NCBI GenBank assembly: GCA_963693365.1
Contig: CAVNZM010000016.1
Location: forward strand, 992,005-1,056,004
From: Amoebidium appalachense
Taxonomy: Eukaryota > Protista > Ichthyosporea
Length of the DNA stretch: 64,000 nt
Direction of reading: 5' to 3'
Numbering within the stretch: position 1 is the first letter of the stretch; the number at the start of each line of letters is the position of its first letter. Below are positions 55,301 to 64,000 of the stretch, in pieces. The position numbers and the translations under genes are program-made. The notes under the pieces are model-generated. The model saw only the letters and a program-made list of their open reading frames with translations, had not been told where the DNA came from and made no database searches.

Positions 55301-57069
55301 AAGCATATGAGGCCGGCTGGGGTCAGGGTAGCCCGCTTTCTTGCTGACAGAGGCTGATAAGGCTTGTGGTTGATGAAGCAGAAGTGTGTGTCGCGATGGT
55401 TGAGCTTCATGCATAGCCTGCACAGCTTCCAATCGCACACGCCCCACTCTTGGTGGAGCTTCCACAGTTCAGGCGAAGATTTGTCGATAGCTTGTGGGTC
55501 CTTATGCATGACCTGGCAGAGAGTCTCCCAGTTGCTCTTGTAGTCATTCCGCAGCTTCTTCTTGCTGCACAAGCGCACACAGCTGCTGCACCAGAAGAAG
55601 TTGGCCGAAAGTTTTGCACAAGTGTCGGCATCGTGGTTAGCTACACACTCAGCCGGGAGAGGAATGGCACAGCCAGTGCAAGTCATGGGGGTCAGGTCAC
55701 CGTCAGCCGGAAACACCAGCTGGTGTTGACCGTTTCTGACACTGCAGCTGTTGCATGGACTGCTGGCGCCACTATCCATGCTTGCTCTGACACACCTATG
55801 CTGGTGCCGGTCAACCAAATCCAAGCACCAGTCGCATGGGGTCAGGTGCTTTGTTGTGGCAAAGGTACGCCCATGGAGAGCTCGCCTCCGCTCCCTGCAC
55901 AGATGCAGTGCCTTCATATCCTTAATGAGCTGGACATGCTGATGCCCCCGGCCCCCTGACCCACTCACTGTGACGCCCTCAATGGCAAGGTAGGCAAAAA
56001 CAACACGACCGCTGTCTTCTGCATCTGCTTTTAGCAGCTCGTTGTATGGCTGGGTACCCCGCTGAGGGATGCTGGCAAACACACGACAGTCATCGTCCAA
56101 ATTTACAAGACGTAAACACAACATACGCTTGCCTGCCCCGAACTCACTGCTCCACACAGCGCCAGTGTTAATCAGGTACACAGCCTGCTCCATCTCCTCT
56201 CCGGTCCATGCACGGCTCTCAATACCAGCAAACAGCTGGGGGTTGCTGTTTTTTACTGCTGCACGAACAATGTCGGCACCCTTTTCACGCGCGGACCGTG
56301 CCAGCCACCTAGGGTCTCCGTTCAGCTCATGCCGCCGATATTTGTCCAAAAGGACGGCAGCCGCCAGGTTGGTAGTAAAGCAGTCCTGCTTGCCCTTGCT
56401 GCTGTAGTCTGCAATTGCACCATCTTTGCGCAAGTGTGCAGCATTGCTGTTTGCTTCATTGCTACGTTCCACACTAGAGAGGGGGCAGCCAACACGCATT
56501 CCAGCACGCCACTGCTGAAGCACATTGGTGGACCCTCCTTGCTGTCTGTCAGCTGCTTGATGCTCGGCAGTGCCAATTATCACCTCTATGTGGCAGCGCG
56601 AGAATTCAAAAGCAAATGTTGTGCCATACTGATGCTCCATATCACTGTAGTAGTCGCTGAGGCTACGCACCAGGCTGACACTGCGGACATCTGCAAGCGG
56701 CACAATGGTCTGCCATACCACCTTGCCATGCACAGGGTCGTCCCCAATGAGCGAGTCGCGGCGTATGAGTTGGGTTTTAATTTGAATTCGGTCACCTGGC
56801 TGAGGGCATACTAATTTGAAAAGCTGCACTGTGACATGCTCGAAAAACTCTTGGAAAGCCTCAGGGTCGACATCTTTTGGGTTATCAGCAGCACCATTGT
56901 GTACCACACTTAGAAGGTAGCGTGTAAATCCCAGGTTTCCCGTAGCCCGTGGTGGCTCTGCATGCTCAAGGCGGACAGCATCAGAGACACGTCCATGCGC
57001 AAGGTCGTCAAGGTCAGGCGGCACCCAGCGCACGGGTTCGGAATCTAAGTGCATGTGATCTTGAGCCAT
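52330..57069 (-). CDS. Protein-primed family B DNA polymerase with N-terminal TP/vOTU-like and Cys-rich regions and an inserted Vsr-like nuclease
   Basis: ExoI FDFEAY, ExoII AHNGAKYDVHFI, ExoIII YCMVDT; motif A DYKSHYP, B KSIIVNPFGK, C YCDTDS; GPKSYAY, KMKGV, terminal TPYGF; insert VDGYD..VFEFDGCRFHGH..IWGCEW. First ATG at 57069. Confidence 0.96.
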   Translation of the reverse strand: MAQDHMHLDSEPVRWVPPDLDDLAHGRVSDAVRLEHAEPPRATGNLGFTRYLLSVVHNGAADNPKDVDPEAFQEFFEHVTVQLFKLVCPQPGDRIQIKTQLIRRDSLIGDDPVHGKVVWQTIVPLADVRSVSLVRSLSDYYSDMEHQYGTTFAFEFSRCHIEVIIGTAEHQAADRQQGGSTNVLQQWRAGMRVGCPLSSVERSNEANSNAAHLRKDGAIADYSSKGKQDCFTTNLAAAVLLDKYRRHELNGDPRWLARSAREKGADIVRAAVKNSNPQLFAGIESRAWTGEEMEQAVYLINTGAVWSSEFGAGKRMLCLRLVNLDDDCRVFASIPQRGTQPYNELLKADAEDSGRVVFAYLAIEGVTVSGSGGRGHQHVQLIKDMKALHLCRERRRALHGRTFATTKHLTPCDWCLDLVDRHQHRCVRASMDSGASSPCNSCSVRNGQHQLVFPADGDLTPMTCTGCAIPLPAECVANHDADTCAKLSANFFWCSSCVRLCSKKKLRNDYKSNWETLCQVMHKDPQAIDKSSPELWKLHQEWGVCDWKLCRLCMKLNHRDTHFCFINHKPYQPLSARKRATLTPAGLICFDFEAYMRAGTGQPQDVNVVVASYTVNPPKPVDEALLAGVEVRTCPGFQSKHSELPPEVYIWAGPQALNRFIAWLFQPAHAGFIAYAHNGAKYDVHFILNALLEQLSPAEIAHAMKSGEGKSSPDSANGDFSFIMDGSSVPYLQYHGVRVQDSVRHMPRPLSQLPQMWGFSGDAGLSKLNYPLLFNTPEHEGYVGPLPDQSYWAPEQMMKSSKEIENFRVWHAEEAAARGPAGWNNREELIKYCMVDTLILREACVCYRKEVEAAYPGIDPLARTTIGSFVYGVLQDRIFPENTIVHEFGSPYKHQWSSMDEMQWLCYVREKICGYDSSNLFDRRFRWQLNGQYRIAAGGRELYVDGYDTRTNTVFEFDGCRFHGHDCETMAVQGLNSRTGKTRQQTESRSGMLRAMGYKVVSIWGCEWQRQKETLQWFCEHDKLLHIAMQKPPRERDAFKGGCTNGYILYHDCKPGEYMYVVDYKSHYPAILLDCPMPAGTFVNYRKIDLVGLWYGTATPPTPAQMFEQLFRADGECTGSSFRVPPGFPREHAYLFNGKLGLVECTMLPPRGLHRPVLSAKIAVGKRQPRDLEEGRIHVTERLVETLCRACAEIGPSAPRTCRHREHERAITHVWTVQEIRYALYKGYEMLDLKYARVYERTSVDIFAPLIKHWYTVKAQGDGVPSHCKTPEQVADYCSRYNQRMGVDPVAQPELALTPEKIMDPAAKNPGRVALAKSIIVNPFGKTGERHDKWGSMTLPDTMHGYKAFKEKWDRYEAKDYDAIDVRFLDVPGWVLVRYKLSEKAASLGQSHITTCPIIAACTTAWGRVKLHISMDKLHPSQPAYCDTDSIYYIYDSSNPLHCHPQKGMLLGDLADELKPGEHISKLRCLGPKSYAYRKVEVSGSEVDSVKMKGVPFNAATRDILDLDAYTRLVLRETPGLTVERAYGIKRTVGGKPVTQPEKKIVRVTFAKRLICKPDDRVMNDDGTVHTITSTPYGF

Positions 57070-57198
57070 GATTTGAATGGTATTAGGGTCAAGAAAAATT
57101 TCGTTGCGCGCTTTCAAAAGCTGCAAAATCGGCTACTTTAATCGGATTGGTTGTCTACCGAATGAAATCGGCTCTGCGATTGGACAAGCCGCAAAAAC

Positions 57199-57293
57199 GC
57201 CATCTAAGGCTAAAACGTCTAGCCAAATAAAGCTATTCCGCATGCCATCAGTGGCCATCACAAAGCTCGAAACGCCCCCGTGGGCGCGCTCCC
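57199..57293. repeat. Degenerate subterminal duplication of the inner part of the right TIR
   Basis: gccatctaaggctaaaacgtctagccaaataaagctattccgcatgccatca (57199-57250) repeats 57326-57377 with one mismatch. Confidence 0.85.
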
Positions 57294-57320
57294 AACCCTG
57301 AGCGTCCGATTGGACCCGGC

Positions 57321-57534
57321 GTCAAGCCATCTAAGGCTAAAACTTCTAGCCAAATAAAGCTATTCCGCATGCCATCACAAAGCCCAACCCAGCCATCGAA
57401 CGCCCTCCTGGGCGCTCCCCCTATACCGCTTGAACCAGCGCCAATTTGGACGTATCTCGGCCGGGTCGAGCACTGTATGATGCATTATTTTCGAGCTACA
57501 AAAAAAACCACGGAAATGGGGGGTACGACATGTG
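57321..57534 (-). repeat. Right terminal inverted repeat (214 bp)
   Basis: Reverse complement of 48041-48254; no mismatch seen by eye. Confidence 0.95.
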
Positions 57535-58845
57535 TACGTACCCACAAAATGAGCAGCGGTTGACGTCTGATTGGTCAATGATCTTTTGTGGCGGGAACGC
57601 ATATCACTACGCAATATGTCCCTTAGTCTCTTAGAGCTCCTTAGAGGTGTTTGAAAATATTCTTTTATCGAATATACTCTTGTTTTCAGAGCTATAGCGA
57701 ACGGCGGACCCAGATAAACCTAAATTTTAAACGGCTTGAGTCTTTATTTGGGGGGGGGGGGGGGGGGGGGCACTCCTTTACAATTAATAAGCTTTAACAG
57801 ACTTAAGGCAAACAACTACATAAAAAGCCCATTTTTCTCATTATTTACCGCATAGAAATTGCAACAGATCCCATCGGATCTTGGTGATTTTCCTGTTCGA
57901 ATTCTTTCTTGTGATCGCTGAGTCAGGGAACTGAGCTCGAGTTCAACTGACTTGCGGCCCGGGTACCATATCAGGAGCGGGCAATTTTTGAATTCTCCCT
58001 CCCCGGCCCCGCCGGGGAAAATTTGAGGTTTTTGGACCTCAAAGAAGTCAAATCCTGCAAAATCCACTACCGGGAGGCCAAAAAGGGTGATTTTACAAAA
58101 AAGGAGGGACATACATGAAAAAGAGAAAATGGGCGAGTTCAGTGGGCTGCCGATAAGTATATTTCGTGCTGGGCCGGTATACATGCTGCCGTGGTTGTTG
58201 CTGTAGACGGCAGTATGGCATCGCATGTGTCACGTGACCTGCACGTGAATGCGACCATGTGCAGGCACTGAGTCTAGGGGGATTTGTATGTGTGTTTTGG
58301 AGCACCGACAAGGCAGAGCCAGGGTGAGGGATGTGTAAACATGGAGTTTAGGGAGATCGTGCTGCTATTGTAACATGTGCACAAAACAGCCACGTGCACC
58401 GGCACACTCCGGTGTACAGAACAATAATATGCACATGCGTCACTGTAATATCATGTATGCGCATGCCGCACAAGGTTTAGGAGACCACCACAGTATATAC
58501 TATTTTCTTTTGGTTGATATCCATGTAGGAATGGTGTGTTGCAGTTGTCATGATCAGCCTGAGGCAGGCACGTGCACTCACTGAATCACTAGAACTCATG
58601 AATAAAAAATACATTCGCTAAAAACGGCAAGGTAAATTTGGGGCCAAGCTATTATTTCCCCCTTTTAAACGTTTTTTTAGCTCCAAGAACTTCGACGCCA
58701 AAATTTCTATATTTGGCCATCGTATATGATAATGAACACGTGTACTTAAATTAAAGTAGTTATATAAATATGAGCGGCCCGTTACAAATACAGTGACGAA
58801 AAACAGTGACCCACGAGCAGTTTTTCTTTCTATCCCCCCCCCCCC

Positions 58846-58876
<31 letters not shown>

Positions 58877-60201
58877 ACACACACACCAGACACACACACC
58901 ACCACCACGGTGACCACCACCACCACCACCACCACCACTCACCCCTTAAAAAAACCACACACATACGTGCACGTGTACACACACACACAGAACACCACCA
59001 CCACCTCCACTGGACCCCATTTCCTCGTTGTTTTCTTAAGCCTTCAGACCAGTCCTGCACACTGGAGTTAAACAATTGAATTCACCTAGGCTGACATGCA
59101 TCCACCCCCGCCTTCCACTTCCCTCCCCCCCCCACCCCCTCCCCCCACCCCCCCCCACCCCCACCCCCTCCCCCTCGATGAAGAAGGGCCCCCGTAAGCC
59201 TTGGGGGGGGGGGGGGAGGGGGGAAGGGGAAGGGGGGAGCTCTTGAGCCTCCGGGTAGGGAAGTGGGGTCCGGGGATCCGGAGAGGGAGGGGGGGGGGGG
59301 GGGGGGGAAGGGGCATATAATATTGGGCCTAGATATCATAGTATGGGGCCCCGGGGGAGGGAGAGGTGGGGGGGGGAGGGGGGAGGATCCACGGGAAAGA
59401 CCTTTAGGTGCATGTTCTTATTTATACCCCCTTCGAATCATCCCCCCTCTCCCCCCCCCCCCTCCCCCCCCTGAGTGCAGGCCGTGACGTAGCTACGATA
59501 ACCCTGCAGAAGGCAACAAAAATGTATTAATTACTAGCACTATACATGTGTTCATAGTGCAGCTTGCACCACGTATGATCTCAGCAACTTTAAAGTAGTC
59601 ACAAAGTTTAGTTATTTTCATTATTTTCATTGCTCTGAACTCTATTACTCTGAAATGATCACCGTGCATGTGCCGCAAGATAACAACCCTATATGTGTGC
59701 AGCTGCTGCCTGCAGGTTAGACTCGCTGAAAAGACAATTGTCAGTGTGCACCCGACGCTTGCAGCTGCAGCTAGCCTCTGCAACATTAATACTTGCCAAG
59801 TGAATGCTCTTACACTTGATCATCATTCACTCAAAAAACCGAGGACCGACAGATTAAATATTAATGTCGATCCGAATGATCAGCAAGTGTCTATGCGTAC
59901 TACTATATATACACACACGTAAAATGCGAAGCTATCAGTTACAAGGCACACCTGCTGCACTGGCACACATACACATACACACCGGCAGATCGATGCTGTC
60001 AAAATTTACTTTCATGTACTTCGTAGGTCCGACACAGGTGCACATGAACACGTACATATGTACAAGCCGCGCACACACCACACCACACATACACACACAC
60101 ACACACACACTCACACACACACACGCACACACGCACACACGCACACACGCACACACGCACGCACGCACGCACACACACACACACACGCACGCACGCGCGC
60201 G

Positions 60202-60265
<64 letters not shown>

Positions 60266-60591
60266 GACACACACACACACACACACATCACTGGGTGCGC
60301 TCGCTGGGGATTAGTTTTTTGGCACGCTGTTGACTTTATCGTGTGTTGATTATTTGCTATTTATTGGCCAGCGGCCAACATTTAAAAATATACTATATAC
60401 CTAAAAATAGATACTGACTACGGCCAGCAGACATTATACACCTTCCAGGACACATTAACACCAATAGTCTAACACACCATACTCTCGATCACAAAGAATT
60501 CCTAACAAACAGAGAAAAGTGCAAAGGCTCTGTACTATTACTCAGATTCTAAATTTTAATTCTTTACAGTAAACTTCGGAATGAAAGCTAG

Positions 60592-60625
<34 letters not shown>

Positions 60626-60710
60626 CCCTAACATGACTGTACGAAGAACAGGTATAACTTGAAGCACTACAACACATATGAGATCCGTTACATTGTTGTA
60701 CATTCCAATA

Positions 60711-62361
60711 TTAGACACTAGTTTGGCTACTCTGACTACTCTGAGATCCTGATTGGCTGCCTGCAGACTTGCGGCCACGATTACTTTGCTTTCGATCGTG
60801 CCATTGCAGCTGCGTCTCTCCAGCAGGTGGCAACGCCAGGCCCAGCACAGCAGATGCACGAGAAGGGGGTGGGAACTGCCCACCAGCCGAGGGCTGGCCC
60901 ACATGGCCCAAGTAAGGATGGGGACCGTGCTGCGGCAGTAGCCCAGGCATGGGGAAGGCAGGGCCGGGCTGAGGCGGCATGATGCCCCACGGTGGGGGCC
61001 AGCCATGTGGGTGGTGCGGGCCTGGATGGGGTGCAGGGGGCATGTGCGGCACATGGCCCTGCTGCATGTCAAGCGCGGGTGCTGGTGGCATGGCATCCTG
61101 ATTGGCTGCAACCCAACGTGGGCAGCTCTTGGCCCGATTGGAGCCGGGGCAGCCCTTGCCCTGGCGGCCACACGTCTTGCAGGTCTTGGGGGCTCTCTGG
61201 GGTGGCTGCATAGGAGGGGGCACCGGCAAATCCATCTGCAGGGGCCCCTCAGGGCCAATGTTGCGATGCTTTTTGCCCACTAGCATGGGCAAGGGCCGCT
61301 CACGCTGCGCCCCTGCATCGACACCGTCTGGAACAGGGAGGGGTGGCAAGGGGGCAGGCCGTATGGTTGCTGGCACAGCGTCTGCCCTCTCCTCGCGCAT
61401 ACGCTTGCGGTGATCTGCCAGGCCCTCGTGTGTGGAGCGCTGTGCATGTGCCGTCTGCCAGGTCTTCCACTTGTCGAAATGCTTCTTGATGTAGGCCGCA
61501 TCCTTCATGTAGATTCCCCCAGCCACAGAGGCAGCCTTGTTGAAGTCTTGGGCCAAAGCCTCGAACAGCTGGCCGTTGGGCTTTGCATGTGCCTTGTAGG
61601 TGCCCAGGAGCAGCGTGCTGAATAGCTTGCGCTCCTGAGGGGTAAGCACCGGAAGGAAGGGGATGGCCACATGTTGCTTCTGCGCCAGGAACTTGTAGTC
61701 GCCCCTCAGTGCAGGGTCCGGCTGTGGTGCACCACGCGCCACCTGGTTGCCCCCCCCCCCATGGCAGCACCGTCACCCTCCTCGACCTCACAGTCCTCTG
61801 GCCCGCCCATCACGCCATTGGCTGCAGGCTCGATGTTATCAGACGGAGGTGGGGGTGCGGGCACCGCAACTGGCTCCTGCGCCGGGGCATTGGCCACACA
61901 GGAGAGCGGGGCAAAGTTGAAGTACTCCTCCGGTAGCTTGTAGCAGCCTACGGGTACCCACTGGGGGTCGAGGTGATGGCCGTACAGCATCAGCGCCAGT
62001 GCCTCCATGTCGTCAACAATCCAGGGGCTGTAGTGGGGGGGCCCCGATGCCTGGCCCAGGCGGTTGCGGTAGTGTGCACGCAGGTTGTGGCGGTGGCGCC
62101 TATTGGACATGGTGGCGTCCAGCAGGCGCAGCGACATGCGTGTGGCCCCAAAGTGGGTGGCCAGGGGGTTGTGCACTGCCCCCTCCACCTCGTTGGTGCC
62201 CCGGATGCAGCGGTAGCGCATGAGCCCATCTGCGTCGGCAGTGGTCTCGTAGTAGAGGGGCAGGCCGGGGGGGTCCGACAGACAGCCATTTTGGGCGTGT
62301 TCGAGCAGCGACTGTGGGGGCACAAGCAAACATCAGAGAGATGGGTGGGTGGTGGTGGTGG

Positions 62362-62418
<57 letters not shown>

Positions 62419-62501
62419 GGGGGGGGGGATGGGGTTGCTAAGGAAAAAAACGAGCAGGGAAAGGCAAAAAACAACTGGCTAGGCAGCAAGGGCCGTGCGG
62501 G

Positions 62502-62595
<94 letters not shown>

Positions 62596-63164
62596 ATGTT
62601 TGGGGGGGGGGGGGGGGGGGGGGGGAGGCTAGGGTGTGCGTGTGTGTGCAGATGAACCAAGGATGACAAATAAGCGAAGAACCTTTTCTGTGGTGGTGGA
62701 GTTGTTGGGCGCCTGCAGGGGGAGGGGGGGGGGGGGGGATGTTGCCTCGAGTCTTTCAAAGCCATCCTTCTTGAACAGAGGCTTGCCATCCGGTCCGGGC
62801 GGCACATCCTTGTAGGTGTTTTTGAACTCCACCAGCCGCGAGACCAGCGTGTATGGGTCGGGAATAACCCGCCGGATGCGCTCCATGAAGTAGCTCAGGT
62901 CGCCGCCCTTGAGCTCGGTTTCAATGTCGATGCCCTTCTGCTCCAGCACCCCCTGTGAGGCAGGATGCCAATATTAATTTACTACGCACACTGCAATTTG
63001 GGTTTGGTAGACTTTGATACCTGCCGTTATTGTAGGACCCCTCCCCTCCACCCCCCCCATCTTCTCCCCCAACACAAGTAAAAAATGCATGTGGCTATTT
63101 CCCCCCACAACCCTACATTATTTCTCTCTAGGCATATGAATAACCCCCACTCTCCTCCCCCCCC

Positions 63165-63198
<34 letters not shown>

Positions 63199-64000
63199 TT
63201 GCCCCCCCTCTCTCTGAGGCTCAGGCTCTCTCTCTTCCCTCAGAAGTTTTGTCGAAGGTGTGCATGGTTGTGGGTGGAATGGTGAGTGTGTGCTAACGAG
63301 TGTATGTGTGTGTGCGCGTCAGTCACGCATGTTGTTGTTGCCGTTTTTTTTATTTTTATTTTTTATTTTTTATTTTGGGGGGGGGGGGAGGGGGGGGGGG
63401 GCACCTTCACATGTCCGTAATCCTCTTCATTCCACACAAATATTGCCTCGCTGAGTGCGCGTGCGTACTCAGCCCTGCGGGGGTGTGACTTGTACGTGCC
63501 GTCCGCCGTGTTTGCAATGGAGTGGAAGGCGTCATTCAGCACAGTCTGCCACACCACCTCCCCAGGCGGTGCCTGGCCCAACATGCCCTCTCTGGGAGCT
63601 GCCTCGGGTCCCCCTGGGGCTGCCTCAAGGCCCCCCGGGGCTGCCTGGGGGTCCTGGGGGGGTGCCTGTGGGCCGGCAAGGGGTTGCTGCTGCTCGGCAG
63701 GGGGAGGCCTGGCAGGGGGAGGGGCTGGGTCAGGGACCACCGGCACCTCGGCACCTGGGTCCGGTGGGGGCTGAATGGGCCGTAGCCACTGCAGGTGCAC
63801 CATCAGCTCAAAGGGCGGCGGGCCCAGCTCTCCCAGGGTCTTGCCCTTGTCGGGGCCAAAGGGCACCTGCATGGCCGGCGACAGCACCTGATCCACCCGC
63901 ACCACTGCATGCTTCTTGCCCACCTTCATGCCCCCCCAGCGCTCCGGCTGCACAGCCAGCACCACCCCGGTGGCTGCTGCAGCATGTGGGCCCCGCCGGG
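60711..64000 (-). CDS. Intron-containing DDE transposase of the DxFH / RGTN..EG.vH (DUF6729-associated) type, 5' part outside the window; exons >64000-63405, 62952-62746, 62311-60711
   Basis: LNDAFH...SHPRRAEYARALSEAIFVWNEED, RIRRVIPDP, GCLSDPPGLPLY, GLMRYRCIRGTNEVEGAVH, PFLPVLTPQERKLF, and C-terminal CKTCG..CPG..C knuckle. One frameshift in the C-run at 61750-61760. Confidence 0.75.

Larger units (their letters stand above)
48041..57534. mobile_element. Polinton/Maverick-like self-synthesizing element, apparently capsid-less (9.5 kb)
   Basis: Identical TIRs, 6-bp TSD TACGTA (48035-48040 and 57535-57540), pPolB plus rve integrase, six compact intronless ORFs, no microsatellites. Confidence 0.92.

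Noticed and set aside
49777-56814. Antisense and overlapping ORFs inside the element as hidden capsid or ATPase genes
   Set aside because: They are shadow frames of the real genes, with no Walker A or jelly-roll signature.

Overview
Eukaryotic genomic window, very rich in (CA)n/(GT)n, (GA)n and poly-C/G tracts; most entries in the ORF track are artefacts of these repeats. By splicing exons by eye I reconstruct three multi-exon host genes (cAMP-receptor-like GPCR, RMND1/DUF155, PAXX), plus an F-box/LRR gene, a type I membrane protein and an orphan ORF. Transposon content: a TA-flanked MITE, a pogo/Tigger pseudogene, an intron-containing DxFH-type DDE transposase and a possible CACTA-like exon. 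The main object is a 9.5-kb intron-free, microsatellite-free element (48041-57534) with identical TIRs and a 6-bp TACGTA TSD. It encodes a protein-primed PolB and an rve integrase like a Polinton, but has no recognisable capsid, packaging ATPase or maturation protease. Instead it carries an Erv1/ALR sulfhydryl oxidase and two ORFs resembling giant-virus families DUF5760 and DUF5767 (family calls from memory, needing HMM confirmation). A second pattern is intron architecture: poly-C just after 5' splice sites and (CA)n directly before many 3' splice sites.
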